A DNA stretch of 64,000 nt from Alphaproteobacteria bacterium (GTDB taxonomy: Bacteria > Pseudomonadota > Alphaproteobacteria > SHVV01): NCBI GenBank assembly GCA_965261735.1, contig OZ253470.1, positions 357,728 to 421,727 of the forward strand, in the 5' to 3' direction. The notes beneath the pieces were generated by a model. The model was not told the DNA's origin. It did no database searches and saw only the letters and a list, made by a program, of their open reading frames with translations. The stretch's first letter is position 1, and the number at the start of each line of letters is the position of its first letter. This document shows positions 27,598-36,920 of the stretch, in pieces. The position numbers and the translations under genes are program-made.

Positions 27598-30500
27598 ATG
27601 GCGGATCGCGCACGTCGCAACCTGATCTTCGCCCACCAGGAATGGCTTGGCTTCGTCCAGCCCGTGGGCCTCCTATTGTCGCCAATCATCATGGTCGACG
27701 CCCAGGTCGTGCCCGACCGCAACATCTCGTGGCGCCAGCGCGAGTTTCGCGACCTGCTCGAAGAGGACGGAAGCGGTGCCACGGCCCGCTGGATTGCGCC
27801 CAACCTCCGCCGAGTGTTTCTCGGCTATCTGGGCTGGGAAGAAGGCGACCTTTTGGACGCGCTCGACCATCGGGACGCGCTGGAAATTGCCCTTCCCGAG
27901 TTGCAGGTCGTGCTCTCGCCCACCTGGGCCGTGCCGGCTGAAGAAGACCCGGACGCTGCATGGACGATGCTCGTTCGCGTCGAGGACGGCGGCGTCGACC
28001 TCGATAAACCCACCGGCGACGGCGCAGGGTGGAACGCCACTCGGCACGCCCGATTCGAACGGCTGTTGCGAGAGACCGACGTGCCGATCGGGTTGCTTTG
28101 CACCGATGAGGGTGTTCGTCTGATCCACGCGCCCAGGGGCGAGTCGTCGGGGTATGTAACCTTCGAGTTCTCGCAGATGGCGCTGCCGGCAGGCCGGCCC
28201 ATCCTGGCCGCATTCGACATGCTGTTGTCGGCGGACGCACTCTTCGGTGGTTACCCCGAGGCTCGGCTGCCGGCGCTTCTGGCCAAGAGCCGCGATGCGC
28301 AGGCCGAAGTCTCCACGAGACTTTCTCGTCAGGTACTCGCGGCGCTGCATGAATTGCTTCGGGGCTTTGTCTCGGCAGACGCGCGCGGCGGCGGAACCGT
28401 GACCGACATCGCGCGGCGCGATCCCGATCACCTTTACGGCGGACTGATCACGACGCTGATGCGGCTCGTCTTCGTGCTTTACGCCGAAGACCGGGGCCTG
28501 ATGCCTGGTCATCCCGTGTACCAGCAGCACTATTCCCTAGGCGGCCTTTTCGCCCGCTTGCGCGCCGATGCGGCGACTTGGCCCGATACCATGGACCAGC
28601 GTTTCGGCGCCTGGGCGCAGCTGCTTTCGTTATTCCGGCTAATCCACGGCGGCGGCGGACACGCCGGCCTCTCGTTTGTCGCACGCAAGGGTACGCTGTT
28701 CGATCCACACCGTTTCCCGTTCCTCGAAGGACGCGGGCCAGAGCAGAAGCCGGCAATTCCGATGGTCCCGGACGCTAGCGTCTGGAAGGTGTTGCAGTCG
28801 TTGATGGTGCTAGACGGCGAGCGGCTGTCTTACCGCACACTCGATGTCGAGCAGATCGGTTCTGTGTACGAGGCCATCATGGGCTTTCGCGTCGAGCTGA
28901 CCCCCGGGCGGTCGATCGCCGTGGCGTCGCCGAAACGGACCGGCGCCGCGGTTGTCGTCGACCTCGACCGTTTGCTCGAACTGGAAGGTGGCAAGCGTGC
29001 GAAGGCTTCCACGATTGTAGATGTTGTGGCGGCGCTTGACCGAGCGGTCGACCGCGACGCGACTCCGGACGTTGTTCCCGCTGGAACTCCTGTCCTTCAG
29101 CCGACGGACGAGCGGCGGCGGTCCGGCAGCCACTATACGCCGCGCTCTTTGACTGAACCGATCGTTTCCGAAGCTCTGCGTCCGATACTCGAACGTCTGG
29201 GACGGAATGCGCGGCCCGAAGACATTCTCGACCTCAAGGTTCTCGACCCAGCAACCGGTTCGGGTGCCTTCCTGGTCGAGGCCTGCCGTCAACTGTCGGC
29301 GCGACTGGTCGAGGCCTGGAGCGTTCATGGCGGACCGCCTGACCTGCCCGCCGACGAAGACGAGTTGCTTCACGCCCGGCGACTTGTCGCCCAGCGATGC
29401 ATCTATGGCGTCGACAAGAATTCGATGGCTATCGATCTGGCGCGGCTTTCGCTGTGGCTGGTTACCCTCGCGCGGGATCATGAATTCACCTTCATAGATC
29501 ACGCCCTGCGCCACGGTGATTCGCTGGTTGGTCTCACGCGCAACCAGATCGAAGGATTCCATTGGGATGCCGAGGCACCGAGTTTTCAGCTCGGAATGGA
29601 GACAATGGAGGTGCAAAAGCACGTGGCCCGGGTCTCCGAGATGCGCCAACTGATCCGCGAACTTGGTGACGAGGCCCCTGAGCACGAACTGCGGGAGCTT
29701 CTGGACGAGTCCGAGCGTGAACTCAGGAACGTTCGCCGGGTCGCTGACCTGGTGTTGACGGCGTTCTTCGATGGAGGAAAGCCGAAGGAACGTGAGAGCA
29801 AGCGGGTCATGTACGGGAGTCTGCTTCTCGGAAGGGACCAAGCCGTGACCGCTTCGCCTGCGGCAGCAAAGTTGCCGGTCGCTCCCCTCCATTGGGAGTT
29901 AGAGTTTCCGGAGGTGTTCGAGCGCGAGAATCCGGGCTTCGATGCGGCAGTCGGTAATCCGCCATTCCTTGGCGGGAAACGAATCAGCACCGTACTTGGA
30001 AACCGGTTTCGAGACTGGCTGATAGCTCTGCATCCCGAAGCGAACAGCAATGCAGACTTGGTCGCGCATTTCTTTCGTAGAGTCTTTGAGTTGCTGCGCA
30101 AAGGAGGTGGTCTTGGTCTAGTCTCCACGAACACCATAAGCCAAGGCGACACAAGAGCCACGGGGTTGCGTTGGATCTGCAAGAACGGTGGTGTGATCCA
30201 CCGCGCCCGACGACGGCTCAAGTGGCCCGGCGAGGCGGCCGTAGTAGTAAGTGTAGTTCATATTGCAAAGGGGGCTTATGCGGGTTCCAGGACGCTCGAC
30301 GATCACCGGGCATCTGTGATCACCGCTTTTCTGTTTCATAGTGGTGGTAACGATGACCCGGTTCGTCTGAAAGCGAATTCTGAAAAAAGCTACGTGGGCA
30401 TGTACTTGCGGGGCATGGGCTTCACTTTCGACGATACTGACACCAAGAACGTCGCCACATCGCTTGCAACAATGAATCGTCTGATCGAAGCGAACACTCG

Positions 30501-31719
30501 CAATAGGGACGTGATCTTTCCCTACATCGGCGGAGAGGAGGTCAACACCAGCCCGGCCCATGCCCACCACCGCTACGTCATCAACTTCCGCGACTGGCCG
30601 CTGCGCCGCGCAGATATGGGTGCAACGTGGCTGGACGCAGACGAAGGCACGAGGCGCGACTGGCAGCGCGACGGGATCGTACCGCTTGACTATCCGGAGC
30701 AAGTGGCTGCGGACTATCCGGAGCTATTGTCAATTGTGGAAGAGCATGTTCGACCCACTCGACTAAGACTCGGAGAATCAGCGATTGACAGAGTCCACAA
30801 GCGTCGTTGGTGGTTGTATGCAAATGATCGCCCTCAGCTCCAACAGGCAGTCAGTAGCCTCGATCGCGTGCTTGTAATTTCCGAGATTGGCCAACATGGG
30901 GCGTTCGCATTTTTGCCAAGTCGCATGATCTTTTCCCATACGCTAAAGGTCTTCTCTCTCGATACTTACGCCGCCTTATGCGCCCTCCAGTCCCGCCCCC
31001 ACGAAATCTGGGCCCGTTTCTTCGGATCGTCGCTGGAAGATCGGCTTCGCTACACACCCTCCGACTGTTTCGAGACTTTCCCATTCCCCGAGAACTGGGA
31101 ATCGTGCCCCGCACTCGAAGCGGCGGGTGAGGCGTACTATGATTTGCGTGCGGCGTTGATGGCCGAGAACAACGAGGGACTTACAAAAACCTACAACCGT
31201 TTTCACGATCCGGACGAGCGCGATTCCCGGATCGACCGGCTCCGTCAGCTTCACGCCGCAATGGACCGCGTCGTTCTGGAAGCCTATGGCTGGACCGACA
31301 TTCCTACCGATTGCGAGTTCTTGTTGGATTACGAGATCGACGAAGAGACCTGGGGCAAGAAGAAGAAACCCTGGCGCTACCGCTGGCCCGATGAAGTCCG
31401 CGACGAAGTGCTCGCGCGCCTGTTGGCCCTCAACACCCAGCGCGCGGCCGAGGAGCGTATGGCCGGAAGTGGTGTGCGTCTTCCGGCGTTAGCCACCAGC
31501 ACCTACAAGCCTACCTCAACGAGTTCACCTTCCGCTTCAACAGGCGGTTCTACCCGTTCAACGCCTTCCGCTCATTGCTCGGCATCGCGGGCGACACCTC
31601 TGCTCCAACCTATGCCGAGCTTTACTCGGGAGAAGAGCCAAGCTTTGAGACCTGCAGATTCGCGATCTGGCGAGGCAAGCCGAACCCGACAGCAGCGCGG
31701 ACGGCGGCGCAATCGGTGA
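27598..31719 (+). CDS. large gamma-class N6-adenine DNA methyltransferase (Eco57I/type IIG-like, DrmMI-like), 3' end chimeric
   Basis: VLDPATGSGAFLVEA (motif I), YGVDKNSMAIDLARLSLWL, HALRHGDSLVG and AAVGNPPFLGG (motif IV) are present. From about 31470 the ORF reads an IS1595 remnant out of frame, so the last ~80 codons are not native. Confidence 0.8.
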   Translation: MADRARRNLIFAHQEWLGFVQPVGLLLSPIIMVDAQVVPDRNISWRQREFRDLLEEDGSGATARWIAPNLRRVFLGYLGWEEGDLLDALDHRDALEIALPELQVVLSPTWAVPAEEDPDAAWTMLVRVEDGGVDLDKPTGDGAGWNATRHARFERLLRETDVPIGLLCTDEGVRLIHAPRGESSGYVTFEFSQMALPAGRPILAAFDMLLSADALFGGYPEARLPALLAKSRDAQAEVSTRLSRQVLAALHELLRGFVSADARGGGTVTDIARRDPDHLYGGLITTLMRLVFVLYAEDRGLMPGHPVYQQHYSLGGLFARLRADAATWPDTMDQRFGAWAQLLSLFRLIHGGGGHAGLSFVARKGTLFDPHRFPFLEGRGPEQKPAIPMVPDASVWKVLQSLMVLDGERLSYRTLDVEQIGSVYEAIMGFRVELTPGRSIAVASPKRTGAAVVVDLDRLLELEGGKRAKASTIVDVVAALDRAVDRDATPDVVPAGTPVLQPTDERRRSGSHYTPRSLTEPIVSEALRPILERLGRNARPEDILDLKVLDPATGSGAFLVEACRQLSARLVEAWSVHGGPPDLPADEDELLHARRLVAQRCIYGVDKNSMAIDLARLSLWLVTLARDHEFTFIDHALRHGDSLVGLTRNQIEGFHWDAEAPSFQLGMETMEVQKHVARVSEMRQLIRELGDEAPEHELRELLDESERELRNVRRVADLVLTAFFDGGKPKERESKRVMYGSLLLGRDQAVTASPAAAKLPVAPLHWELEFPEVFERENPGFDAAVGNPPFLGGKRISTVLGNRFRDWLIALHPEANSNADLVAHFFRRVFELLRKGGGLGLVSTNTISQGDTRATGLRWICKNGGVIHRARRRLKWPGEAAVVVSVVHIAKGAYAGSRTLDDHRASVITAFLFHSGGNDDPVRLKANSEKSYVGMYLRGMGFTFDDTDTKNVATSLATMNRLIEANTRNRDVIFPYIGGEEVNTSPAHAHHRYVINFRDWPLRRADMGATWLDADEGTRRDWQRDGIVPLDYPEQVAADYPELLSIVEEHVRPTRLRLGESAIDRVHKRRWWLYANDRPQLQQAVSSLDRVLVISEIGQHGAFAFLPSRMIFSHTLKVFSLDTYAALCALQSRPHEIWARFFGSSLEDRLRYTPSDCFETFPFPENWESCPALEAAGEAYYDLRAALMAENNEGLTKTYNRFHDPDERDSRIDRLRQLHAAMDRVVLEAYGWTDIPTDCEFLLDYEIDEETWGKKKKPWRYRWPDEVRDEVLARLLALNTQRAAEERMAGSGVRLPALATSTYKPTSTSSPSASTGGSTRSTPSAHCSASRATPLLQPMPSFTREKSQALRPADSRSGEASRTRQQRGRRRNR

Positions 31720-31754
31720 GGTTCGACCATCCGGCGATCGGCGGACGGAGATAC
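31475..31754 (+). pseudogene. IS1595-family transposase C-terminal remnant
   Basis: The alternative frame reads GVSHQHLQAYLNEFTFRFNRRFYPFNAFRSLLGIAG.., the extreme C-terminus of IS1595-type transposases. It is interrupted by IS256 copy B at 31755. Confidence 0.6.
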
Positions 31755-33148
31755 GGTTGTGTCTCGAAAGTGGTGGAAATTGGTTTTGGCGCCTCTCCGA
31801 GCGGGTTGAGTTTTGCGGCGGTCAGGCTGCGCGGTCAAGGGTTTCGTCGGCGATTAGCTGATCGAGGGTTTCCCATCCATCGACTTTGCGCATCTGGATT
31901 TGGCCGGAAGCGAGGAGTGCCCAGAGGAGCATCGGCACTGTTTCGGGACACGGCAGCACGGTCTGTGTTTTGATCCGGCGCTTGAACTCCTCGTTGAGAC
32001 GCTCAATGGCGTTGGTCGTTCGGGCTGATTTCCATTGGCTCTTGGACAGGCGCGTGAAGGTAAAGAGCTTGTCGCCCGCTTCTGCGAGGCTGTCCGCGAC
32101 GGCCCTGCATTTCAGCCGCCACTTGCGGACAAACGCCTTGCGGCGGGTTTCCACCTCGGAGGCAGTGTCGGCATAGATCATATCGCGGTAATCTTCGCTC
32201 AGCTCGTCATGCATGTGTTTGGGAGCATGACCCAGAAGGTTGCGGTGCTTGTGCACGGTGCAGCGTTGAACGGGAAGGTCATCGCCCCAAAGCGCCGACA
32301 GAGCCGCCTCCAGTCCCGGCGCGCCATCGACGATGACAAACCCGGGCCGTTTCAGTCCACGCGCATCAAGGTCGTCGAGGAACTGGCGCCACGCCGCCTG
32401 GCTTTCTCCGCCCATATTCCCGATCGAAAGCAAGACCTTCTGGCCATCCCGGCGCACCCCTATAGCCGCGAGAACCGAGATGTTGGTGGCCTTGCGGTCC
32501 AGTCGGGTCTTGATCACAGTGCCGTCAAGGATCAGCCGAACGATATCCTCATCCGCGAGGCCACGGCTGCACCAGGCGTCCCAATCGACCTTCACCTTGC
32601 GCCACGCCCGGCTCACAACGTCCTTGCTCACAGCACCCCGGAAGAGCCCGAACAGCGCGCGTTTCACCCGCCGCGTGTTGGTTCCGGACAGATACACCGA
32701 AGCGATCAGCGCCTCGGCCTTTCTGGTCAGCCGCTGGTAGCGCGGCAGCGCCCGCGAACGCCATTCCGACGCCCGACCGTCTTCCTCAACGATCCGCGCA
32801 CGCGGCACGCTCACCCTCTCGGTCCCGAATGTCCCCGTCAGTTGCCGCTCCCGGTGCCCGTTCCGATACCCTTGCCGAAGCGCGTCCTCTCGACCGTATC
32901 GGCAGCGCCCGAGAAACTGCGCAAGTTCCTCCTCAAAAACGGCCTCGATCGTGGATCTGATGTTCTCCCGCAGCCGGTCCTCGAGCGGATCATAGCCGGC
33001 GTCATTGGCCAGTAGCGAAAGCGCGGAAGTCTCGGTAGTGTTCTTCATGGCGTGATCTCCTTGGCGGTGCTAGCCGCCGATTGGGTGGTTGTCTTGTCAC
33101 CCGGAGATTACGCCATCCTCAAATTTCCACCACTTTCGAGACACAGCC
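31755..33148 (-). mobile_element. IS256-family element, copy B (intact)
   Basis: Same IRs as copy A, with a perfect 8-bp target duplication GGAGATAC (31747-31754 and 33149-33156). Confidence 0.9.
31822..33048 (-). CDS. IS256 family transposase
   Basis: Intact 408-aa mutator-type transposase (..GYRNGHRERQLTGTFGTERVSVPRAR..LILDGTVIK..VIVDGAPGLEAAL..RCTVHKHRN..). Confidence 0.9.
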   Translation of the reverse strand: MKNTTETSALSLLANDAGYDPLEDRLRENIRSTIEAVFEEELAQFLGRCRYGREDALRQGYRNGHRERQLTGTFGTERVSVPRARIVEEDGRASEWRSRALPRYQRLTRKAEALIASVYLSGTNTRRVKRALFGLFRGAVSKDVVSRAWRKVKVDWDAWCSRGLADEDIVRLILDGTVIKTRLDRKATNISVLAAIGVRRDGQKVLLSIGNMGGESQAAWRQFLDDLDARGLKRPGFVIVDGAPGLEAALSALWGDDLPVQRCTVHKHRNLLGHAPKHMHDELSEDYRDMIYADTASEVETRRKAFVRKWRLKCRAVADSLAEAGDKLFTFTRLSKSQWKSARTTNAIERLNEEFKRRIKTQTVLPCPETVPMLLWALLASGQIQMRKVDGWETLDQLIADETLDRAA

Positions 33149-33247
33149 GGAGATACCGTGAATACGCTCACCCGTTCTGATGGTTGGTCGCCGTTTGCTC
33201 GCTTGCATGGAACAGGGACGTTTATGCTGGCCAAAAACATAGTGACC

Positions 33248-33718
33248 TCAATCCCCCGCGAACGCGATCAATCGCCCATAGACGAGTGCTCCCAGCCAGC
33301 AAACCGTTGAGAGGATGGCATGACCGGCCAAGCGGGCGCGCGGGGCGTCCTTAAGCAGGAACCCGTGGGCCCGGCACAGAGCGAGCGTAGACAGGACCCC
33401 GACAGCGATGAGGATTAGCTTGAGCTGCAGGAATCCGACGCCACTGTATTCTCGCGCCCGGACCGAGAACAGCAGCGGTCCCGTGAACAGGGCAAGGGTC
33501 AGCCCGCTCGCCGCAACGGGCGCGAGCACCCGCACTACCGCTTCGCGAGAGATACCGCGCCACACGCCAAGAAGCCGCAGATTGAGTGGGACGACGGACC
33601 CGATCAGCAAGGCGATTGCGAAGATATGCGCGGTGTTGACGGCGGCATAGACCCAGCGGGAACCCCGCAGAGCCTGCGCCAGGGCTGTCCCCTCGAGCGC
33701 CACGAACAGGGCCTCCAA
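33248..33718 (-). CDS. membrane protein (4-5 TM), unknown family
   Basis: Hydrophobic helices run throughout. I prefer a TTG/GTG start just after the upstream gene's stop over the overlapping ATG at 33802. Confidence 0.5.
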   Translation of the reverse strand: MEALFVALEGTALAQALRGSRWVYAAVNTAHIFAIALLIGSVVPLNLRLLGVWRGISREAVVRVLAPVAASGLTLALFTGPLLFSVRAREYSGVGFLQLKLILIAVGVLSTLALCRAHGFLLKDAPRARLAGHAILSTVCWLGALVYGRLIAFAGD

Positions 33719-33722
33719 GGTC

Positions 33723-34088
33723 TCAGTCGCGCCGGGGGTAAAGGATGTACTCGCGTTTGCCCAGGAATAGCCGTTCCACCTTAATCCGTTTTTCCGACAC
33801 ATCGTCGGCCGGCTCGCCGATCAACCGGATTTCGACCCCTTCGGCCAGATCGCCGTCCTGGAGGCCAGCGCGTTCGTTGCGCCAGGGCTGACCGACCTCG
33901 GCCGTCCACTCGTCGCCCTCCACGTCGATCTTCAGAATGCCGTGGGGATTGCCCAGGCGGACGGTCTTAATGATGCCGGTCATATCGATATTGCCGCCGG
34001 TCGTCCACGACCAGCCATGATGGGCCAGAGTCCCGACCGACGGAGCCGTGAGTCCCAAGGCCAGGATCGTGATGAACAAGAGCCTCAT
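33723..34088 (-). CDS. DUF6152-like periplasmic protein
   Basis: Start at MRLLFITILALG (GGAGGA upstream). A signal peptide is followed by AHHGWSW..GIIKTVRLGNPHGILKIDV, similar to the HH-start OB-like DUF6152 proteins as I remember them. Confidence 0.55.
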   Translation of the reverse strand: MRLLFITILALGLTAPSVGTLAHHGWSWTTGGNIDMTGIIKTVRLGNPHGILKIDVEGDEWTAEVGQPWRNERAGLQDGDLAEGVEIRLIGEPADDVSEKRIKVERLFLGKREYILYPRRD

Positions 34089-34189
34089 CGTAGTGCTCCT
34101 CCGATGCCTCAAGCGTTATCGGGAAGGTGGCGTCACACGACCGGACGTTCAAGCTGACATTTCCCAGACAACCATCAAGTCCTTGGCGA

Positions 34190-34498
34190 TCATACCCTTG
34201 AAGAATAGATGACCGTACGGTTAAGCGAGGCATTGTTCCTGGCCTTTCCAGCCACCAAAACTCCTGAATGGTGAAAATCGCCGTAGGCGCGGACCGGCTG
34301 GCCGGTTTCGATCATAGCCATGGCGGCCATACACCGGGCACGGCGGGCTTTCTTGAGCCGAACCTCGTTGCGCGCTAGGTCGAAGAAGTGGTCGGTGCCA
34401 TGCGAACGGTCATAGATTGAGCACCATCTTCTCCAGTCCGGGTTCTGATCGAAAACCAGTCGTCTTTCGGGCGGGAGGAGGAGCAATTCAATCAGCAT
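34190..34498 (-). CDS. hypothetical protein
   Basis: 102-aa ORF. Its ATG overlaps (ATGCTGA) the stop of the restored upstream reading frame. No family recognised. Confidence 0.35.
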   Translation of the reverse strand: MLIELLLLPPERRLVFDQNPDWRRWCSIYDRSHGTDHFFDLARNEVRLKKARRARCMAAMAMIETGQPVRAYGDFHHSGVLVAGKARNNASLNRTVIYSSRV

Positions 34499-35254
34499 GC
34501 CCGAGACATGAACCGCTTAAATGACGCGATGTGATCGTCGCTCGGTAAATAATCGTCCGCGACAAGCAAACGGATTTCATCAGCAATATCGCGGCGATTG
34601 ATTGTGAATATACTTCCGCCGCCGTTATCGATCATATAATCGAGTGCACCGCACCAAGCATTAATGTATCCATGGCCCCCCCGGTATTAACGAAACCGAA
34701 TTTTCTTTCCCCTTCATTTCATGCTTGGCTAGTGAAATCCGGATGGCTTCAAGGCGAGGAAAAAGCAAATTCGTGCGCATAAGGTCTCTGTTTATTGCGC
34801 TCACTTTGTTTGAATCAGCAAGGATAACTCTAATCTGATCGGCGCGGATCTGCCGCCCGAAATGCTGGTAGTCATCTTCCTTCTCTAGAGCCGCGAGTTT
34901 CTGCTCAAGACCACCGGATTCGGCCCATTTAATCATGTCTTTTGCACGCTGGCGCCAAGTTCGCATGAGTTCATAGGCTGCAAAAATCCACATCTGCGAT
35001 TGCGCTGACAGAAAAGCGGCTTCCTGGATTAGCGTTCGTTCTTCAGCTATGTGCTTTTGATGGAGTTGTGATTCGAGATCCATTAGGAATTGATCGACAA
35101 GGGAAAGATTAAAGGTTTGCATGCTCAAGAATGGGTCATCTCCCAGTAGCTTGAGTTTGCAGAGCGCCTGACGGAGTGCAGATGAGTCGACCTCGAATAC
35201 ATCCTGATAGGGCGGCTGGTCGCTGAATTCTTCTCTGTGCTTTTCGTCCGTCAT
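34492..35254 (-). pseudogene. hypothetical protein split by a frameshift at a G7 (plus-strand C7) homopolymer
   Basis: The 197-aa ORF 34661..35254 ends 5 codons after the C7 run at 34676-34682. Removing one base extends it by 60 codons (..HGYINAWCGALDYMIDNGGGSIF..FKRFMSRAC*) to a stop that overlaps the next ORF's start. Confidence 0.5.
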
Positions 35255-35399
35255 GTCAGTCTGTCACCAAGGATTAGTGAGGGTGGGATACAGTCCGAGC
35301 CACAAAAACAGACGTTTTTCGAGCGGTCATTCACGGTGAGCCTCCGTAGCCGCCATTGGGGGATCGCGGTCGTGGCGCGGGACCACGATGGCGCTTAAT

Positions 35400-35790
35400 G
35401 ACCGCGTCGTTTCCCAGGCTTTGCCCACCGCTGTCCCGATCCTGGACCTGGGTACCGTAGACTACCGGGTGCGATGCGCAAACGTGATCTCCAGCCTACG
35501 TCGATCGCAAAAAACGTCCGTATCTGCGCCAACGGCCTGCCATGTGGCCAATCCGAGCGACAGCGATGAGAACCCTCGTCGGAGATCGACGCTTTCGTCG
35601 CGCGACAATTCTGGCCGGTCGAGGCGCAAATGGTCACGCAGGACGGCGAGCGAGGCGACCATGGCCAGTGACATCAAGACCGTCTGGTTGACTCCGGCCA
35701 TGATGGTTCGTGCGGCGAGCGGCAGCTCGACCTTCCAGGGCAGGGGACGAGATCCTCCGCCTCCTCCGAGGGAACGGCTTCTCCATTGAT
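35400..35790 (-). pseudogene. ABC transporter permease fragment (ProW/OpuAB-like), degraded
   Basis: VELPLAARTIMAGVNQTVLMSLAMVA resembles the conserved EAA-loop-proximal block of glycine betaine permeases. The rest is not coherent. Confidence 0.3.
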
Positions 35791-35944
35791 AACAGGACCA
35801 GCAAAGCATAAATTAAGAGAATCGGCGCGAGTGCCAGTACGCTGAACGGGGGACGAGACCGCATGCGAAGTCTCACAGACGGCGTACGACAACAGGCGCG
35901 AAGCCGTCCGGACATCGCCTGCCAAACTCCCAGGGTTTCATGAC

Positions 35945-36117
35945 GTGTTTGTGAAGGGTACACGTACGCGTGCGATCGTGGGGTCGTTTGTCTTCTTCTG
36001 GGTCGCTCCCGCTGTCGTTGCCGGCGTCGTCCCGTTCGCACTGGTCGGTTGGACGATGCAGCCACCGCTGCTCGGGCTACCGGGCGAGCGGGTAGTGGGT
36101 GTCGCGGCAGTCGCGGC
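35945..36117 (+). pseudogene. isoprenylcysteine carboxyl methyltransferase-like N-terminal fragment
   Basis: RAIVGSFVFFWVAPAVVAGVVPFALVGW resembles the first TM segments of ICMT-family proteins. It is cut by the IS6 end at 36118. Confidence 0.35.
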
Positions 36118-36920
36118 GGCATTGACACGTTAACTGCCGCGTTCGGCACAATTGGATCGTGATCTGGATCAGGCAGCACACCAGCCTTGATTCCAGACAG
36201 CGAACGTCTCGGCTCGAAACGCCTTGAAAATGCGGCGGGGTAAAAGATGGCGCTGGACGTAGAAAGCGTTGTAGACGGCGGCGTGGATTGAAAGGAACCG
36301 TTGGGCGGATCCCGGTGAATTGAACCGCTGTTGTTTTCGTTCGCGTCGACGTACCGGCTGGTGTGAATTCTCGGCTCGATTGTTCGCCCGCAATCCCTGA
36401 TCGTGAATAGCGGTAAGTCGCTCTTTGCGGATCGCAACAGCGTAGGATTTGAGCTTGTCCGTGGTAATGCGCTTCGGCGCAAAGCCCTGCTTCTTCAGCA
36501 GCTTCCGCAGCAACCTCTGCGCCGATCGGGCGCAGCGTCGTGGCTGGACCAGGAAGTCGAGAACTTCACCTTCGTCGTCGACCGCCCGCCACAGCCAATG
36601 TCTTCGGCCGCGGATCCTGATGATCATTTCGTCAAGGTGCCAACGAGCACTGGCACGTGGACGGCTGCGGCGAAGATTGCCTGAGATCAGGCGCCCGAAT
36701 TTCAGAAACCAGCGTCGCACCGTCTCGTTCGAGACATCGATACCGCGCTCGGCCAGCAGGTCCTCGACATCGCGAAATGACAGCGTGAACCGAGCATAGA
36801 GCCAGACCGCATGCTGGATGATCTCTGGCGAAAAACGATGTCGCTTGAAAGAAATTGGCGTCATACGCCGACGGTAGCGGCCCCTGCCCGATCCGGCCAC
36901 CGACTTAACGTGTCAATGCC
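36118..36920 (-). mobile_element. IS6-family element, type 2, copy 1
   Basis: IRs are GGCATTGACACGTTAA / TTAACGTGTCAATGCC. Near-identical to 41598..42399 and 44207..45009. Confidence 0.9.
36169..36864 (-). CDS. IS6 family transposase
   Basis: MTPISFKRHRFSPEIIQHAVWLYARFTLSFRDVEDLLAERGIDVSNETVRRWFLKFG. 231 aa, as in the plus-strand copy. Confidence 0.9.
   Translation of the reverse strand: MTPISFKRHRFSPEIIQHAVWLYARFTLSFRDVEDLLAERGIDVSNETVRRWFLKFGRLISGNLRRSRPRASARWHLDEMIIRIRGRRHWLWRAVDDEGEVLDFLVQPRRCARSAQRLLRKLLKKQGFAPKRITTDKLKSYAVAIRKERLTAIHDQGLRANNRAENSHQPVRRRERKQQRFNSPGSAQRFLSIHAAVYNAFYVQRHLLPRRIFKAFRAETFAVWNQGWCAA

Noticed and set aside
24280-31719. Calling the locus a complete class 1 DISARM system
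   Set aside because: No DUF1998 protein, DrmA-type helicase or PLD nuclease is recognisable anywhere in the window. Only the DrmD-like and DrmMI-like genes are present.
35634-36482. 282-aa ORF, and related ORFs at 42035..42610 and 44089..44571
   Set aside because: They run antisense through the IS6 type 2 transposase and across the IS boundary. This is an artefact of the repeated IS.
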